A stretch of DNA of 64,000 bases, from positions 194,982-258,981 of the forward strand of contig CBDCAC010000002.1 in the NCBI GenBank assembly GCA_965213775.1, written 5' to 3'. A program made the position numbers and the translations under genes. The notes under the pieces are model-generated. The model searched no databases. It was given only the letters and a program-made list of their open reading frames with translations, and had not been told where the DNA came from. Positions 49,018 to 60,846 of the stretch are shown piece by piece; the first letter of the stretch is position 1; each line of letters begins with the position of its first letter. This DNA comes from an uncultured Lichenicoccus sp. (GTDB lineage: Bacteria; Pseudomonadota; Alphaproteobacteria; Acetobacterales; Acetobacteraceae).

Positions 49018-49677
49018 TCACTCGCGGCGCAGCACCGCGTCGTTGACGAAGCTCGACAGCCGGCCGGCGATGAAGTCACGCTTGAGCGCCGCCTCGTCGT
49101 ACTCCTCGCGCACCCAGTCCAGGAACGCCAGCCTGCCTTCCGCCTCGCGCTGGTAGCGCAGGAAGAAGGCGTCGAGGATGCCGGTGCGCGAGCGGTTGAA
49201 GTGACCGAAGCGCCAGGAGAGCTGGCGCAGCGCATCGGCGGCACGACCGCCCTCGAACAGCAGCACCAGACCCGAGGCCAGGCCGGCACGGTCGGCTCCC
49301 GACTTGCAGTGCATCAGCACCGGGAAAGCGAGGCCGCGATACAGCGTCTCGAAGCGCATGATCCGCTCGCGATGCGGCGCCCCGCGGCTCTCGAAGGCCA
49401 TGTCGAGATGCGTGAGCCCGAGTTGCCCGGTCGCCTGGCGCGACAGCGCGTCCGAGCCGCAGCGCCGATGCCCGCGCAGGTTGACCACGCTGCGCAGGCG
49501 GTAGCGCGTGGCCAGTTCCGACAGCCGCGCCGGCGTCGGATGGTTGCAGCGATACACGCGGCCCGGCAGCACCGTGGCGAAGTTCGACCAGACGGTGCGG
49601 AAGATGGCGTGGTCGGCCAGCAGGCTGTCGCGCCAGGCTGCGAACCTGCCGCCACGCTCGAGATCGCCCTCGAACAT
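49018..49677 (-). CDS. protein tyrosine phosphatase family protein
   Basis: VYRCNHP, VVNLRG, catalytic HCKSGADR. Confidence 0.88.
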   Translation of the reverse strand: MFEGDLERGGRFAAWRDSLLADHAIFRTVWSNFATVLPGRVYRCNHPTPARLSELATRYRLRSVVNLRGHRRCGSDALSRQATGQLGLTHLDMAFESRGAPHRERIMRFETLYRGLAFPVLMHCKSGADRAGLASGLVLLFEGGRAADALRQLSWRFGHFNRSRTGILDAFFLRYQREAEGRLAFLDWVREEYDEAALKRDFIAGRLSSFVNDAVLRRE

Positions 49678-49725
49678 CGCCCGCCCGCGGGACTGACGCT
49701 GACCTGGTCGCCCGCCGGGCCGGCC

Positions 49726-50508
49726 TCAGCCCTTGCGTTCCAGCTGCAGCTGCTTGATCTTGCCGATCGCCGCCGCCGGGTTGAGCCCCTTCGGACAGCT
49801 CTGGGTGCAGTTCATGATCGTGCGGCAGCCGTACAGCTTGAGCGGATCCTCCAGCGCATCGAGCCGCTCGCCGGTGTATTCGTCGCGCGAGTCCGCGATC
49901 CAGCGATAGGCGGCCAGCAGCGTCGCCGGACCGAGATACTTGTCGCCGTTCCACCAGTACGACGGGCACGAGGTGGTGCAGCAGAAGCACAGGATGCACT
50001 CCCACATCCCGTCCAGCTCGGCGCGCTCCTCGACGCTCTGCCGTCGCTCGCCGTCGGGCGGCGCTGCGGTGTCCGACTTCAGCCAGGGCTCCACCGAGCG
50101 CAGCTGCGCGTAGGCCGCGGTCAGGTCGGGGATCAGGTCCTTGACCACCGGCATGTGCGGCAGCGGGTAGATCCTGACCTCCTTCTTGACGTCCTGGATC
50201 GGCTTGAGGCAGGCGAGCGTGTTGGTGCCGTCGATGTTCATCGCGCACGAGCCGCATATGCCTTCCCGGCATGAACGGCGGAAGGTGAGGGTCGGGTCGA
50301 TCTCGTTCTTGATGTGGATCAGCGCGTCGAGCACCATCGGCCCGACCCGGTCGAGATCGAGCATGTAGGTGTCGAGCTCGGGGTTCTTGTCGTCGTCGGG
50401 GGTCCAGCGATAGACCCGGAATTCCTTGACCCGCTTGGCCCCGGCCGGCGCCTCGAAGCGGCGGCCACGGCCGATCTTGCTGTTCTTGGGTAGCCTGAAC
50501 TCGACCAT
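49726..50508 (-). CDS. sdhB: succinate dehydrogenase iron-sulfur subunit
   Basis: [39 protein letters not shown]. Confidence 0.97.
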   Translation of the reverse strand: MVEFRLPKNSKIGRGRRFEAPAGAKRVKEFRVYRWTPDDDKNPELDTYMLDLDRVGPMVLDALIHIKNEIDPTLTFRRSCREGICGSCAMNIDGTNTLACLKPIQDVKKEVRIYPLPHMPVVKDLIPDLTAAYAQLRSVEPWLKSDTAAPPDGERRQSVEERAELDGMWECILCFCCTTSCPSYWWNGDKYLGPATLLAAYRWIADSRDEYTGERLDALEDPLKLYGCRTIMNCTQSCPKGLNPAAAIGKIKQLQLERKG

Positions 50509-50520
50509 CTGCGCGATCCC

Positions 50521-52332
50521 TCAGTAGACGCGCTTCTTGGGCGGAAACACGGAGACCTCGTTGGTCAGCGTCCGCATCCGTACCGGGCGGTAGGACAGCT
50601 TGACGGATCCGCCTTCGCCCATGTGCGCGATCGTGTGCTTCATCCAGTCGGCGTCGTCGCGCTCGGGGAAATCGTCGTGCGCGTGGGCGCCGCGACTCTC
50701 GTGACGGGCCTCCGCACCGGCCATGGTCACGGTGCCGTTGGCGATCAGGTTCTCGAACTCGAGCGCCTCCATCAGGTCGCTGTTCCAGATCAGCGACCTG
50801 TCCGATACCGACATGTCCGACAGGCCGGACCAGAGGTTGCCCATCTTGCCCACCCCGTCCTGCAGGCTGCCGGCGCTGCGGAACACCGCGGCGTGCGCCT
50901 GCATCGCGCGCTGCAGGTCTTCGCGCATCGCGGACACTCGCGTGCCGCCGCTCGCGTGGCGCACGCGGTCGAGCCGATCCAGCGTCGCCTCGCCGGCGCG
51001 CGCCGGAAGCGGTGCGATCGCCGCACCGGGCTTGACGATCTCGGAGGCGCGCAGGGCGGCGGCGCGTCCGAACACCACCAGGTCGAGCAGCGAGTTGGTG
51101 CCGAGCCGGTTGGCGCCGTGCACCGAGACGCACGCGGCCTCGCCGACGGCCATCAGCCCTGGCACCACCGCGTCCGGGTCGGCTTGGGTCGGGCGCAGCA
51201 CCTCGCCGTGCAGGTTGGTCGGAATGCCGCCCATGTTGTAGTGCACGGTCGGCAGCACCGGGACGGGCTCCTTCGTGACGTCGATGCCCGCGAACACGCG
51301 CGCCGTCTCGGAGATGCCAGGCAGCCGCTCGTGCAGCAGGTCGGCGCCCAGATGCTCCAGATGCATCATGATGTGGTCGCGGTTGGGGCCGCAGCCGCGC
51401 CCCTCGTTGATCTCGATGGTCATCGAGCGCGAGACCACGTCGCGCGAGGCCAGGTCCTTGGCCGAGGGGGCGTAGCGCTCCATGAAGCGCTCGCCCTCGC
51501 TGTTGGTCAGGTAGCCGCCCTCGCCGCGGCAGCCCTCGGTCAGCAGGCAGCCGGCGGGGAAGATGCCGGTGGGGTGGAACTGCACGAACTCCATGTCCTG
51601 GGTCGGCAGGCCGGCGCGCATCGCCATGCCGCCGCCGTCGCCGGTGCAGGTATGCGCCGAGGTGCAGGACTGGTAGGCGCGGCCGTAGCCGCCGGTGGCG
51701 AGCACCACCATGTTGGCGCGGAAGCGGTGCATGGTGCCGTCTTCCAGCGACCAGGCCATCACGCCGCGGCAGACGCGATCCTCGTCCATCAGCAGGTCGA
51801 GCGCGAAATACTCGACGAAGAACTCGGCGTCGTGCTTCAGGCTCTGCTGATACAGCGTGTGCAGGATGGCGTGGCCGGTGCGGTCGGCGGCGGCGCAGGC
51901 GCGCGGCACCGGCTCCTTGCCGTAGTCGGACATGTGGCCGCCGAACGGGCGCTGGTAGATGCGGCCATCCTCGGTGCGCGAGAACGGCACGCCGAAATGC
52001 TCGAGCTCGTGGATCGCCGGCACCGCCTCGCGGCACATGTACTCGATCGCGTCCTGGTCGCCGAGCCAGTCCGAGCCCTTGACGGTGTCGTACATGTGCC
52101 AGCGCCAGTTATCCTCGGCCATGTTGCCGAGCGAGGCGCCGATGCCGCCCTGGGCCGCCACGGTGTGGCTGCGGGTGGGGAACACCTTGGTGATGCAGGC
52201 GGTCTTCAGTCCGGTCGCGACCATGCCCAGGGTGGCGCGCAGGCCGGAGCCGCCGGCGCCGACCACGACGACGTCGTAGGCATGATCGACCACCTGGTAG
52301 GCGCGGGTGGAGGGGAGCGTGATCGCGTTCAT
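50521..52332 (-). CDS. sdhA: succinate dehydrogenase flavoprotein subunit
   Basis: [34 protein letters not shown]. Confidence 0.97.
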   Translation of the reverse strand: MNAITLPSTRAYQVVDHAYDVVVVGAGGSGLRATLGMVATGLKTACITKVFPTRSHTVAAQGGIGASLGNMAEDNWRWHMYDTVKGSDWLGDQDAIEYMCREAVPAIHELEHFGVPFSRTEDGRIYQRPFGGHMSDYGKEPVPRACAAADRTGHAILHTLYQQSLKHDAEFFVEYFALDLLMDEDRVCRGVMAWSLEDGTMHRFRANMVVLATGGYGRAYQSCTSAHTCTGDGGGMAMRAGLPTQDMEFVQFHPTGIFPAGCLLTEGCRGEGGYLTNSEGERFMERYAPSAKDLASRDVVSRSMTIEINEGRGCGPNRDHIMMHLEHLGADLLHERLPGISETARVFAGIDVTKEPVPVLPTVHYNMGGIPTNLHGEVLRPTQADPDAVVPGLMAVGEAACVSVHGANRLGTNSLLDLVVFGRAAALRASEIVKPGAAIAPLPARAGEATLDRLDRVRHASGGTRVSAMREDLQRAMQAHAAVFRSAGSLQDGVGKMGNLWSGLSDMSVSDRSLIWNSDLMEALEFENLIANGTVTMAGAEARHESRGAHAHDDFPERDDADWMKHTIAHMGEGGSVKLSYRPVRMRTLTNEVSVFPPKKRVY

Positions 52333-52757
52333 CCGTGTATCCCGGCGTATCCGAACGCCATCTTGAGGATCGCGACGACCGAGAACAGCCCCAGGATCAT
52401 CGCCGCACCCTTGTTCAACAGGGTCACGGCGAGATGGCTAGCCTTGACGTAATCGTCAATGACCACCTGCAGGCCGAGCTGCATGTGGTGGAAGGTCATG
52501 ATCACCAGCGCCAGCAGCAGCACGGTGTTCACCGGACGCGCCGCCCAGGCGACCACGGCGGGCTGGCTCGCGCCGAGCAGCACCAGCACCGAGACCACGA
52601 ACCAGACGGTCAGCGGGATCAGCGCGATCGCGGTGAGCCGCTCCACCCACCAGTGCTCGACGCCGGACTTGGCGGCACCCAGCCCGCGCACCCGGCCGAG
52701 CTGCGAGCGCATGGTCGCGACGTGGGCGGTCTTGTCGCTGAGGCGTTGGGTTTCCAT
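52329..52757 (-). CDS. sdhD: succinate dehydrogenase membrane anchor
   Basis: [32 protein letters not shown]. Confidence 0.93.
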   Translation of the reverse strand: METQRLSDKTAHVATMRSQLGRVRGLGAAKSGVEHWWVERLTAIALIPLTVWFVVSVLVLLGASQPAVVAWAARPVNTVLLLALVIMTFHHMQLGLQVVIDDYVKASHLAVTLLNKGAAMILGLFSVVAILKMAFGYAGIHG

Positions 52758-52760
52758 CGC

Positions 52761-53195
52761 TCAGCTCCACAGGCTCAGGCCGATCGCCCAGATCAGGGCG
52801 GTGACGGCGAGGGTGGCCAGGATCGAGGCCCAGCCGCTGCGATGGGTCGCGCGCAGGCTGAAACCGCGGCCGGAATCCCACGCCAGGTGACGCAGGCTGG
52901 CGAAGAAATGGTAGACCAGGGCGAGCGTCCAGCCGAACAGCACGATCAGGCCGATCGGGTTGGCGACCACGTGCTGCACGGTGGCGAACGCTTTGGGGCC
53001 GCTGGCGGCGGCGACCAGCCACCATACCAGCAGCAGCGTGCCGGCGGAGCTGGCGACGCCGGAGGCCCGGTTCAGGATCGACAGGACGGAGGTGATCTGC
53101 GGGCGGTAGACCTGCAGGTGGGGGGACAGCGGACGGCGCACCAGGGTGCCGTCGCTCCGTTGCGCTACGAACAGCGCGTCGCGGACATCCTTCAT
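52761..53195 (-). CDS. sdhC: succinate dehydrogenase cytochrome b556 subunit
   Basis: RPLSPHLQVY, SILNRASG, YHFFASLRHLAWD. Confidence 0.93.
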   Translation of the reverse strand: MKDVRDALFVAQRSDGTLVRRPLSPHLQVYRPQITSVLSILNRASGVASSAGTLLLVWWLVAAASGPKAFATVQHVVANPIGLIVLFGWTLALVYHFFASLRHLAWDSGRGFSLRATHRSGWASILATLAVTALIWAIGLSLWS

Positions 53196-53259
53196 GATCG
53201 TGCCGGCTACTCCCCTGGACGCGGTCCTGGAACGGCCGGGACTGCTCCCTAAGCTGTTG

Positions 53260-53288
53260 GTCCTACGCGGGCCTGCGGCAAGGGTCAA
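53260..53288 (-). promoter_or_regulatory. putative sdhCDAB promoter
   Basis: TTGACC-N17-TAGGAC on - strand about 65 nt upstream of sdhC ATG. Confidence 0.5.
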
Positions 53289-53846
53289 TCAGGCGGAGCA
53301 CCCTATTTTGCTGTGCAACAAATCGCGCCGGGATGCGCCGAGGGCCTGCGCCAGCGACGCGTCCGGCTGCCCGGCGAGGGCAGACATCGCGAGGTAGGGG
53401 TCGCCCTCCAGCCCCAGCACCGCGGCGAAGGCGGGCTCGGTCTTCAGGCCCTGCGCGCGATGATCCATGACACGGCGCCGGAACGCGGCACCGCCCAGCC
53501 GCAGCAGGCGTCGTTCGACGTCGAAGTGGCGCCAGCCATCCTGCTGATGGACCGGCCGCGTCGCGCCGAACAGCTCGAAGCGCCACCCGTCGGCTTCGAA
53601 CGACGCGATGACCGGGCGGGTGCGGTCGATCCATTGCCGGATCGAGAAGTGCCGCCGGTCCGCGTAGGCCCGCCAGAGAGCCGAGGTGAACGAGATCGGG
53701 TCGGGGGCATGGCACAGGACGTCGATGTCGCTCGCCGGCAGATCCAGGCCCAGCGGCGGCCTGCCCACGACGTGAGGATCGAACGACGCCAGGACCGCCA
53801 GCAGCCTCGCGTTCCGGATCGCCCGGCGATAGGACGGCCGTCGCAT
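53289..53846 (-). CDS. DUF4269-like protein
   Basis: PLGLDLPASDIDVLC, ELFG, RHFDVERRLL, GLKTEPAFA, GDPY. Confidence 0.75.
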   Translation of the reverse strand: MRRPSYRRAIRNARLLAVLASFDPHVVGRPPLGLDLPASDIDVLCHAPDPISFTSALWRAYADRRHFSIRQWIDRTRPVIASFEADGWRFELFGATRPVHQQDGWRHFDVERRLLRLGGAAFRRRVMDHRAQGLKTEPAFAAVLGLEGDPYLAMSALAGQPDASLAQALGASRRDLLHSKIGCSA

Positions 53847-53873
53847 GGCGTCCGGCCCCGCGCCGGCGCCGCC

Positions 53874-54932
53874 TCAGGCCAGCCTGCGGTCCAGCAGGTC
53901 GAGCGCGATCATGGCCTCGGCGATCTGCACCGCGTTCAGCGCCGCCCCCTTGCGCAGGTTGTCCGAGACGCACCAGAAGGCGAGGCCGTTCGGCACCGTC
54001 GGATCCACCCGCAGCCGGCTCACGTACGTCGCGTCCTCGCCGACGCATTCCAGCGGCGTCACGTAGCCGCCATCCTCGCGATGGTCGTGCAGCACCACGC
54101 CGGGTGCCGCGCGCAGCACCGCGCGCGCCTGCTCGAGATCGACCGGCTCCTCGAACTCGACCACCACCGCCTCGGAATGGCCGATGAACACCGGCACCCG
54201 CACGCAGGTGGCGATCACGGCGATGTCCGGATCCAGGATCTTGCGGGTCTCGACCGACATCTTCCACTCCTCGCGGGTGGCGCCGTCCTCCATGAAGCTG
54301 TCGATGTGCGGGATCACGTTGAAGGCGATCTGCTTGGTGAACTGCTGCGGCGTGATCGGGTCGCCGACGAAGCTGCCCTTGGATTGGCCGAACAGCTCGT
54401 CCATGCCCTCCTTGCCGGTGCCGGCGACCGCCTGGTAGGTCGAGACCACCACCCGGCGGACGGTGAACAGGTCGTGCAGCGGCTTGAGCGCCATCACCAG
54501 CTGGATCGTCGAGCAGTTCGGGTTGGCGACGATGCGCCGCCTGCCGACCCGCTTCAGCGCCTCGAGATTGACCTCCGGCACCACCAGCGGCACGTCGGGA
54601 TCCATGCGGAACTGGCTGGTGTTGTCGATCACCATGCAGCCCGCGGCCGCCGCGCGCGGCGCGTGCACGGCAGAGATCGCGGCACCCGGCGAGAACAGGC
54701 CGATATCCCAGCCGCGAAAGTCGAACGTCTCCAGGTTCTGCACCGTGAGCACGCGCTTGTCGCCGAACGAGATCTCCTGGCCGGTCGAGCGCGGCGAGGC
54801 GAGGGCGGCGATGTCGGAGACCGGGAAGCCGCGCTCGGCGAGCGTGCGGATCAGCTCGCGTCCGACCGCGCCGGTGGCGCCGACCACGGCCACGCGATAT
54901 TCCGTCCGAGGGTCCTGAACCGTGGCGTCCAT
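53874..54932 (-). CDS. asd: aspartate-semialdehyde dehydrogenase
   Basis: VAVVGATGAVG, PLVVPEVN, ANPNCSTIQ, STYQA, DNLRKGAALNAVQI. Confidence 0.96.
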   Translation of the reverse strand: MDATVQDPRTEYRVAVVGATGAVGRELIRTLAERGFPVSDIAALASPRSTGQEISFGDKRVLTVQNLETFDFRGWDIGLFSPGAAISAVHAPRAAAAGCMVIDNTSQFRMDPDVPLVVPEVNLEALKRVGRRRIVANPNCSTIQLVMALKPLHDLFTVRRVVVSTYQAVAGTGKEGMDELFGQSKGSFVGDPITPQQFTKQIAFNVIPHIDSFMEDGATREEWKMSVETRKILDPDIAVIATCVRVPVFIGHSEAVVVEFEEPVDLEQARAVLRAAPGVVLHDHREDGGYVTPLECVGEDATYVSRLRVDPTVPNGLAFWCVSDNLRKGAALNAVQIAEAMIALDLLDRRLA

Positions 54933-55042
54933 CTTGTCAGGGGTAGCAAGCCCGGCCCGGGCAGGGCAAGGCCGCTGCGGTCGCGGTCGCAACCGGGTGC
55001 GGCCCGGGCGTTGAGCGTGATGCAGCAGAGAGGCCGAGAGGC

Positions 55043-56590
<1,548 letters not shown>

Positions 56591-56750
56591 ACCACATCGT
56601 GGGATTGTCGGATCCCTATCGGCCGAGCGCTATCCACGATCATAGCGCGTATATAATTGACTTTGTCTCTTGATATGTGGTGGATGGTGTCAGATATCGT
56701 GTCATACCTGATCCGGGCGTGAAATCGGCTCAGCCCGCAGGGACCGCCGC

Positions 56751-57593
56751 ATGTCCGAGATGATCGCATCCAGCGACGACGCCTCCCGGCCGCGACGCGT
56801 CGAACCGGCGGCGACCGGCGCCCCCCCGCCGACCGTCGCACGCCGCGACCTGCGCCGGCTCGCCTCGCCGCTGCTGATCCTGGTGGCCTGGCAGGCGGCG
56901 TCGTCGTCGGGGCTGGTCTCCGCGCAGACACTGGCTTCGCCGTGGCGCATCGCGCTCACCGCCTGGTCGCTGCTTCAGGACGGCACCCTGGGCCGCAACC
57001 TGCTGGTCTCGCTGCTGCGCGCCGCCGGCGGGCTCGCCATCGCGATCGGCCTCGGGGTCACCCTGGCCCTGGTCGCCGGCCTGTCGCGGCTCGGCGAGGA
57101 GCTGGTGGACGCGCCGATGCAGATGGCGCGCACCCTGCCGGTGCTGGCGATGGTGCCGCTGTTCATCCTGTGGTTCGGCATCGGCGAGACGCCGAAGGTG
57201 GCGCTGGTCGCGATGGGGGCGACCTTCCCGATCTATCTCAACCTGTTCAAGGGCGTGCGCGGCGTCGATCCCAAGCTGCTGGAGATGGCGCGCACGCTGC
57301 GCCTGTCGCGGGCGCAGACCATACGCCAGGTGATCCTGCCCGGTGCGCTGCCGGACTTCCTGCTCGGGCTGCGCTTCGCGGTCGGCATCTCCTGGCTGAT
57401 GCTGGTGGTGGCCGAGCAGATCAACGCCAGCAGCGGCATCGGCCACATGATGATGGACGCGGAGGATTTCCTGCGCACCGACATCATCCTGGTCGGGCTG
57501 TTCATCTATGCCGGCCTGGGCCTGGTCTCCGACCAGATCGTGCGCGGCATCGAGGCGCGCACCCTGGTCTGGCGCCCGTCCAACCTGCCTTGA
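56751..57593 (+). CDS. SsuC/TauC-type ABC permease
   Basis: PVLAMVPLFILWFGIGE, FPIYLN, LPGALP, LVVAEQINASSGIG. Confidence 0.88.
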   Translation: MSEMIASSDDASRPRRVEPAATGAPPPTVARRDLRRLASPLLILVAWQAASSSGLVSAQTLASPWRIALTAWSLLQDGTLGRNLLVSLLRAAGGLAIAIGLGVTLALVAGLSRLGEELVDAPMQMARTLPVLAMVPLFILWFGIGETPKVALVAMGATFPIYLNLFKGVRGVDPKLLEMARTLRLSRAQTIRQVILPGALPDFLLGLRFAVGISWLMLVVAEQINASSGIGHMMMDAEDFLRTDIILVGLFIYAGLGLVSDQIVRGIEARTLVWRPSNLP

Positions 57594-57618
57594 TCGCCGA
57601 ACCCACGGAGCGGCTGCG

Positions 57619-58329
57619 ATGAACATGGAGGTCCGGCCCGAGCCGGCGATCCGGATCGACGGGCTGACCCGGCGCTTCGCAGGGTCCGCGGTGCTCGACC
57701 GCCTCGATCTCGAGGTCGGGCGCGGCGAGTTCGTGGCGCTGCTGGGACGCAGCGGGTCCGGCAAGACCACCCTGCTGCGCATGCTGGCGGGGCTGGATGC
57801 GGTCACCGAGGGCCGCATCGCGGTCCCCGGCGACATGGCGGTGGTGTTCCAGGAATCCCGGCTGCTGCCCTGGAAGCGGGTCTGGCAGAACGTGGCGCTC
57901 GGCGTGGCCGGCGATGACGGGCGCGCCCGGGCGGAGGCGGCGCTGCGGGAGGTCGGGCTGGGGCAGCGCCTGGAGGCCTGGCCGCTCACCCTGTCGGGCG
58001 GCGAGGCGCAGCGGGCCGGGATCGCCCGGGCGCTGGTGCGCCGGCCGGAACTGCTGATGCTGGACGAGCCGTTCGCCTCGCTCGATGCGCTGACCCGGCT
58101 GCGCATGCAGGCGATGGTCGGCGAGCTCTGGCAGCTGCATCGCTGCGCGGTGCTGCTGGTCACGCACGACGTCGACGAGGCGCTGCTGCTGGCCGACCGC
58201 GCGCTGGTGCTGGAGCAGGGGCGGATCCGCACGCGGATCGACATCGACCTGCCGCGCCCGCGAAGCCACGGCGATCCGGCGTTCAACCGCCTGCGCACGG
58301 CGCTGCTGTCTGCACTGGGCATCGGCTAG
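57619..58329 (+). CDS. SsuB/TauB-type ABC ATP-binding protein
   Basis: GRSGSGKT, LSGGEAQR, LMLDEPFASLDALTR, VTHDVDEA. Confidence 0.9.
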   Translation: MNMEVRPEPAIRIDGLTRRFAGSAVLDRLDLEVGRGEFVALLGRSGSGKTTLLRMLAGLDAVTEGRIAVPGDMAVVFQESRLLPWKRVWQNVALGVAGDDGRARAEAALREVGLGQRLEAWPLTLSGGEAQRAGIARALVRRPELLMLDEPFASLDALTRLRMQAMVGELWQLHRCAVLLVTHDVDEALLLADRALVLEQGRIRTRIDIDLPRPRSHGDPAFNRLRTALLSALGIG

Positions 58330-58347
58330 CGCGGTCGCGCACGCGGC

Positions 58348-59160
58348 TCAGACGTCCTGCAGGATGCCGACCTGCCACTCCATGGCGGGTCCGGCGAGCG
58401 GCCAGCTCCCGTCCGCGCCGCATCGCAGCGCCTGATCCGGCGCGATGCGTCCGAGCTGGACCTGCACCGCCAGCGTCTCCGCCGCATCGCAGCCGGCCTT
58501 CCAGCACAGCGACAGCAGCATCTTGCGATCGCGCAGCCCGATCGCGGCCTCCGCGACGTCGAGCGCCACCCCGGCACGGGTTGCGAGGATCGCGGTGGCG
58601 CTGCGATGCGACGCCGCCTGCAGCGCCGCCGCGAGGCTGGGCGGGGAGTCGACCGTCCGGCCGCCGGCCGCGACCGTCAGCTCGTCCTGCAGGCGCAGCC
58701 GGTCGACATGGTTCAGGGCCGCCATCCGCCCCAGCTCGGCCACCAGCATGCGGCGCGCCCAGGCGCTGCAGGCGGCACGCAGCGCCGCCGCTCCCGGCTT
58801 GGGCGCCTGCAGCGCGTCCAGGGTCCGCTCGCGCAGCTGCGGGTCGGGATGGGCGAGCAGCGTCCGGGTCAGCCGGGCGCGGTCGGCGACCGGCAGCGAC
58901 AGCAGCATGCCGGGGTCGATCACCCCCGCCAGGCGCGCCAGCAGCAGGTCCGGCTCCGGCACCCGCCGGGCGGCGACCTGCAGGGCCGCGGCAGCCGCCG
59001 GGGCGAGGCATCCCGCGGCCTGCTGCACCAGCGCGCGCCAGCCCTGCAGCACCAGCAGCCGGACATGCTCGGTCAGCGTCGCCGCCACGGCGGCGCGCCA
59101 GGCGGCGTCGGCGTCGGGAAGCAGCATGACGAGCCGCTCGCCGAGGGGATGGTCGGTCAT
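58348..59160 (-). CDS. DUF2336-like helical protein
   Basis: ATGA overlap with upstream GGDEF gene; C-terminal LSLCWKAG motif. Confidence 0.6.
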   Translation of the reverse strand: MTDHPLGERLVMLLPDADAAWRAAVAATLTEHVRLLVLQGWRALVQQAAGCLAPAAAAALQVAARRVPEPDLLLARLAGVIDPGMLLSLPVADRARLTRTLLAHPDPQLRERTLDALQAPKPGAAALRAACSAWARRMLVAELGRMAALNHVDRLRLQDELTVAAGGRTVDSPPSLAAALQAASHRSATAILATRAGVALDVAEAAIGLRDRKMLLSLCWKAGCDAAETLAVQVQLGRIAPDQALRCGADGSWPLAGPAMEWQVGILQDV

Positions 59161-60677
59161 GGCGTGGGGTCCTCCGCCGAGACGAGCCAGCGGTCGCCGC
59201 CGGTCAGCTTGACCGCGCGCATCGCCGCCCAGGCGCGATGCAGCAGGCTGTCGATCCCCTCGAAGGAGCGGCTGCAGCGGATCGCGAGCCCGATCGAGAC
59301 GCTCAGCCGGCTCTCCGGCGATCCGCCGCCCAGCCCCTGCCGGCGCAGCTGCTCCGCGCGCTCGGCGGCGGCGAACTGATCGGCACCGTCGAGCCACAGC
59401 GCGAACAGGTCGCCGCCGAGCCGGGCGATCAGGTCGGTCGGACGCACCAGGTCGCGCAGCACGTCGGTGACGTCGCGCAGCACGCTGTCCCCGGTCTCCA
59501 GTCCCGCCGACGCGTTGACCGGACCCAGCCCGTCGAGCCCGACCACCATCAGCGCCGCCGGCAATCCCTCGCGATCCAGGCGCTCGATGCGTCGCGACAG
59601 CGCGGCGACGAAGCCCTGCCGGTTGGGCAGCCCGGTGAGGATGTCGGTGCGCGACAGCCGCGCGGTCTCGCGCTGGATCTGCTCGTGTTCCAGGATCGGC
59701 TGCATCGCCGGCAGCAGCGCGGATGCGAGTGCTGCCTCCTCCTCGCTCCAGCCGGCGTCGGCCGGTTCCTCGCGCCAGCCGGCGTCGGCCGGTTCCTCGA
59801 TCCAGCCGGCATCGGCCGGTTCCGCGCTCCAGCCGGCGTCGGCCGGCCGCGCGTCTGCGTCCTCGGCGCGCCACAGCACCAGGATCGCGCGGTCGGTGAA
59901 ATGGTTGGTGGTGCTGCACGACAGCACCGACAGGCCGCACAGGCTGTGGCGCCGCGTGCGCTCGCCCAGCCATGTCGGCGGCTCCTCGCAGTCGGCGAGC
60001 AGGGCGTCGTTCAGCGCCTCGATCGCGGCCGGCCACGGCATCCCGGCCTTGGCCGCCACGCGCAGCGGCGCCTCGGGATCATGCAGCACCAGCAGCGCGC
60101 CGACGCTGCTGCCCGACGCCTCGGCGCCATGCGGATCGACCGCCAGGATCAGCTCGTCGAGCGCCACCGCGAGGCCGGCGAAGGGCAGGGCGACGCGGCG
60201 CATGCGACGGGCGATCAGGCGCGTCATCTCCCGGCGCAGCAGGCTCGAGGCCAGGCGCTGGTCGTGGCGGTCCTGCTCGGTCATGTCGATCCCGAGGCCG
60301 CGCACGGCGCCCGGCCGACCCGGGATCGGCGCCACCGAGAGCAGCAGGCAGGCAGCACCGCCGTCGGCGTCGCGCAGCCAGACACGCCGGCGCCGCAGCG
60401 CCTGCGAGGCGCGGAACGGATCGAACAGCGAGGCGGCGTCGCGCTCGCCCGCGCCGACCAGCAGCGCCTGCGCCGGGGTGCCGATCAGCCGTTCGGCCGG
60501 CCAGCCCAGCACGATCTCGGGTGCGAGCACGACGAAGCGGCCCTGCTCGTCGGTCTCGAAGGCGAGGTCGCTGCCGAGCGCGATCATCGCCCGCCAGCGC
60601 TCGCGGCTCTCCAGCAGCGCCGCGACCAGCGCGGACGCCGGCGCGTCGCCTTCCGGGTCTGGGATGGTGGCGGTCAT
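59157..60677 (-). CDS. PAS/GAF-like sensor with degenerate GGDEF domain
   Basis: FETDEQGRF PAS start; TDILTGLPNR; RPTDLIARLGGDLF; SVSIG. Confidence 0.88.
   Translation of the reverse strand: MTATIPDPEGDAPASALVAALLESRERWRAMIALGSDLAFETDEQGRFVVLAPEIVLGWPAERLIGTPAQALLVGAGERDAASLFDPFRASQALRRRRVWLRDADGGAACLLLSVAPIPGRPGAVRGLGIDMTEQDRHDQRLASSLLRREMTRLIARRMRRVALPFAGLAVALDELILAVDPHGAEASGSSVGALLVLHDPEAPLRVAAKAGMPWPAAIEALNDALLADCEEPPTWLGERTRRHSLCGLSVLSCSTTNHFTDRAILVLWRAEDADARPADAGWSAEPADAGWIEEPADAGWREEPADAGWSEEEAALASALLPAMQPILEHEQIQRETARLSRTDILTGLPNRQGFVAALSRRIERLDREGLPAALMVVGLDGLGPVNASAGLETGDSVLRDVTDVLRDLVRPTDLIARLGGDLFALWLDGADQFAAAERAEQLRRQGLGGGSPESRLSVSIGLAIRCSRSFEGIDSLLHRAWAAMRAVKLTGGDRWLVSAEDPTP
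59739..59846 (-). repeat. 27-bp in-frame tandem repeat x4 (PADAGWxxE)
   Basis: ttcctcg..ccagccggcgtcggccgg units at 59739, 59766, 59793, 59820. Confidence 0.93.
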
Positions 60678-60846
60678 GGGCGGACGGTCCGTGGCTGATC
60701 GCCCATCCTAGGGCGCGGATGATGAACATCGCGTAAAGGCGCTGCATTGACAGGCACGAAGCGCTCCGAGCATGGTCCGCGCGATTTCTGAAGCGCCGCC
60801 GCTGCTCGCGCGCGGGGGCAGGATGCGGCGGACGGGCGGGAGCAGC

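Noticed and set aside
54947-54980. Possible seventh copy of the palindromic repeat (gggcagggcaaggcc)
   Set aside because: Match too short and lacks the GACCC and hairpin arms
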